From the NCBI GenBank assembly GCA_030141605.1, contig JAQGDQ010000294.1:186001-250000 (forward strand): a stretch of 64,000 nt of DNA, read 5' to 3'. The notes under the pieces were generated by a model. The model saw only the letters and a program-made list of their open reading frames with translations, did not search any database and was not told the origin of the DNA. A program made the position numbers and the translations under genes. The stretch's first letter is position 1. The number at the start of each line of letters is the position of its first letter. The DNA is from Tubiluchus corallicola. Taxonomy: Eukaryota; Animalia; Priapulida. Positions 63,010 to 64,000 of the stretch are shown one piece after another.

Positions 63010-64000
63010 TAAGCGCTATTACAAGAATAACCACTATCAGACGAAACAAATGATTCTATTAGCTTTGACATTACGTTACTGATCACATGACTTCATTATT
63101 GACGTGATCTGAGCAAGCACAAGTATGAAACGATCACAACTAAATTAATTTTACTTACGACATAACATGCGTATCACATTCCTACTGCTAAACCTTTCTA
63201 ACATCTTGCCAGATGAACAATGCCCAAACATTGAAGCCAAACCAAATACCCAGAAATTTTGTCATTTCTTCTGATGTCAGAAGCGATGTCCCCTTACCAG
63301 ACAGCGAAATCATCGTTAAGCAAAATTTATCCCACGACTACATATGATTTTAAAGGCAGAAACAGTGAACAGGACAAACTTTGGCTAAATTTTACAGTTC
63401 ACCATACACAAGAAATTAGTTCGTGAAGCAGACTAGGATTAGGATTGGGGTTAGGGTATTTGAATTGTGTTGGGAATTGTGAACTCTTTCCTAAATTCAG
63501 ATATTTACAACATAACTTAAACAAAATACAGTACTATAATGTTTCATTAATAAGAAAATAAAAAGCTATTTGTGTTTAATACAATACCTTAGCATTTGAT
63601 TTTGCACAACGCCCAGCATGTTCCTGTTGTCATACTATCTGTACTACTTTGTTTGTCCTTGCAGAAAACGAATGACATGGGAGAAAGCTCGCTATCATCA
63701 TACCGTAATAACTGGGATGGTAATTAGCATAAAGTTTCGCATTCCAGCAAACACGTGAACTATGTAGGAGTGAGTCTAGTAGAACAAAACCAGGAAAACC
63801 ACACGATAAAGCTTCATCCACATATGAAGCGGCGGTGACAGTGAGTTCAGAACTGGTTTGAGTTTCCACCCATCTTCCACATGCCTGCCATTAGAGCAAT
63901 AGTAATTAAGTTCTGAGTAGCATACATTTAAAAATGCATTTGTCTACCAAGCAAAAGTAATCATACAATGAGTTCAGCAAACAATTCTTGGCCTAGTAAT

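Noticed and set aside
63630-63869. 79-aa - strand ORF in a slightly GC-richer patch
   Set aside because: No recognisable motif and a non-ATG start.

Overview
AT-rich invertebrate (metazoan) genomic DNA with spliceosomal introns; not prokaryotic. Host genes: the first three coding exons of DPH1 (- strand, 3967->1563, continuing off the left edge and missed by the ORF track), an intronless PRIMPOL (14385..16034), tRNA-Ala(TGC), an acyl-CoA-binding protein (ACBP/DBI), two near-identical GT92/DUF23 glycosyltransferases belonging to a colinear duplication, and a divergent FEM-1-like ankyrin protein. The rest is MITEs, LINE fragments, satellites and microsatellites. The standout feature is a young BEL/Pao LTR retrotransposon (6302..12317; LTRs differ by one homopolymer base; perfect CTAGT target-site duplication). 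Its Gag polyprotein carries, in frame, a complete intronless glycogenin (GT8) catalytic domain with all key residues and the self-glucosylation Tyr intact (SAP-coiled coil-glycogenin-Gag-zinc knuckles-protease). RT and RNase H are deleted and the integrase looks inactivated. All family assignments were made by eye from recalled motifs, not from database searches.
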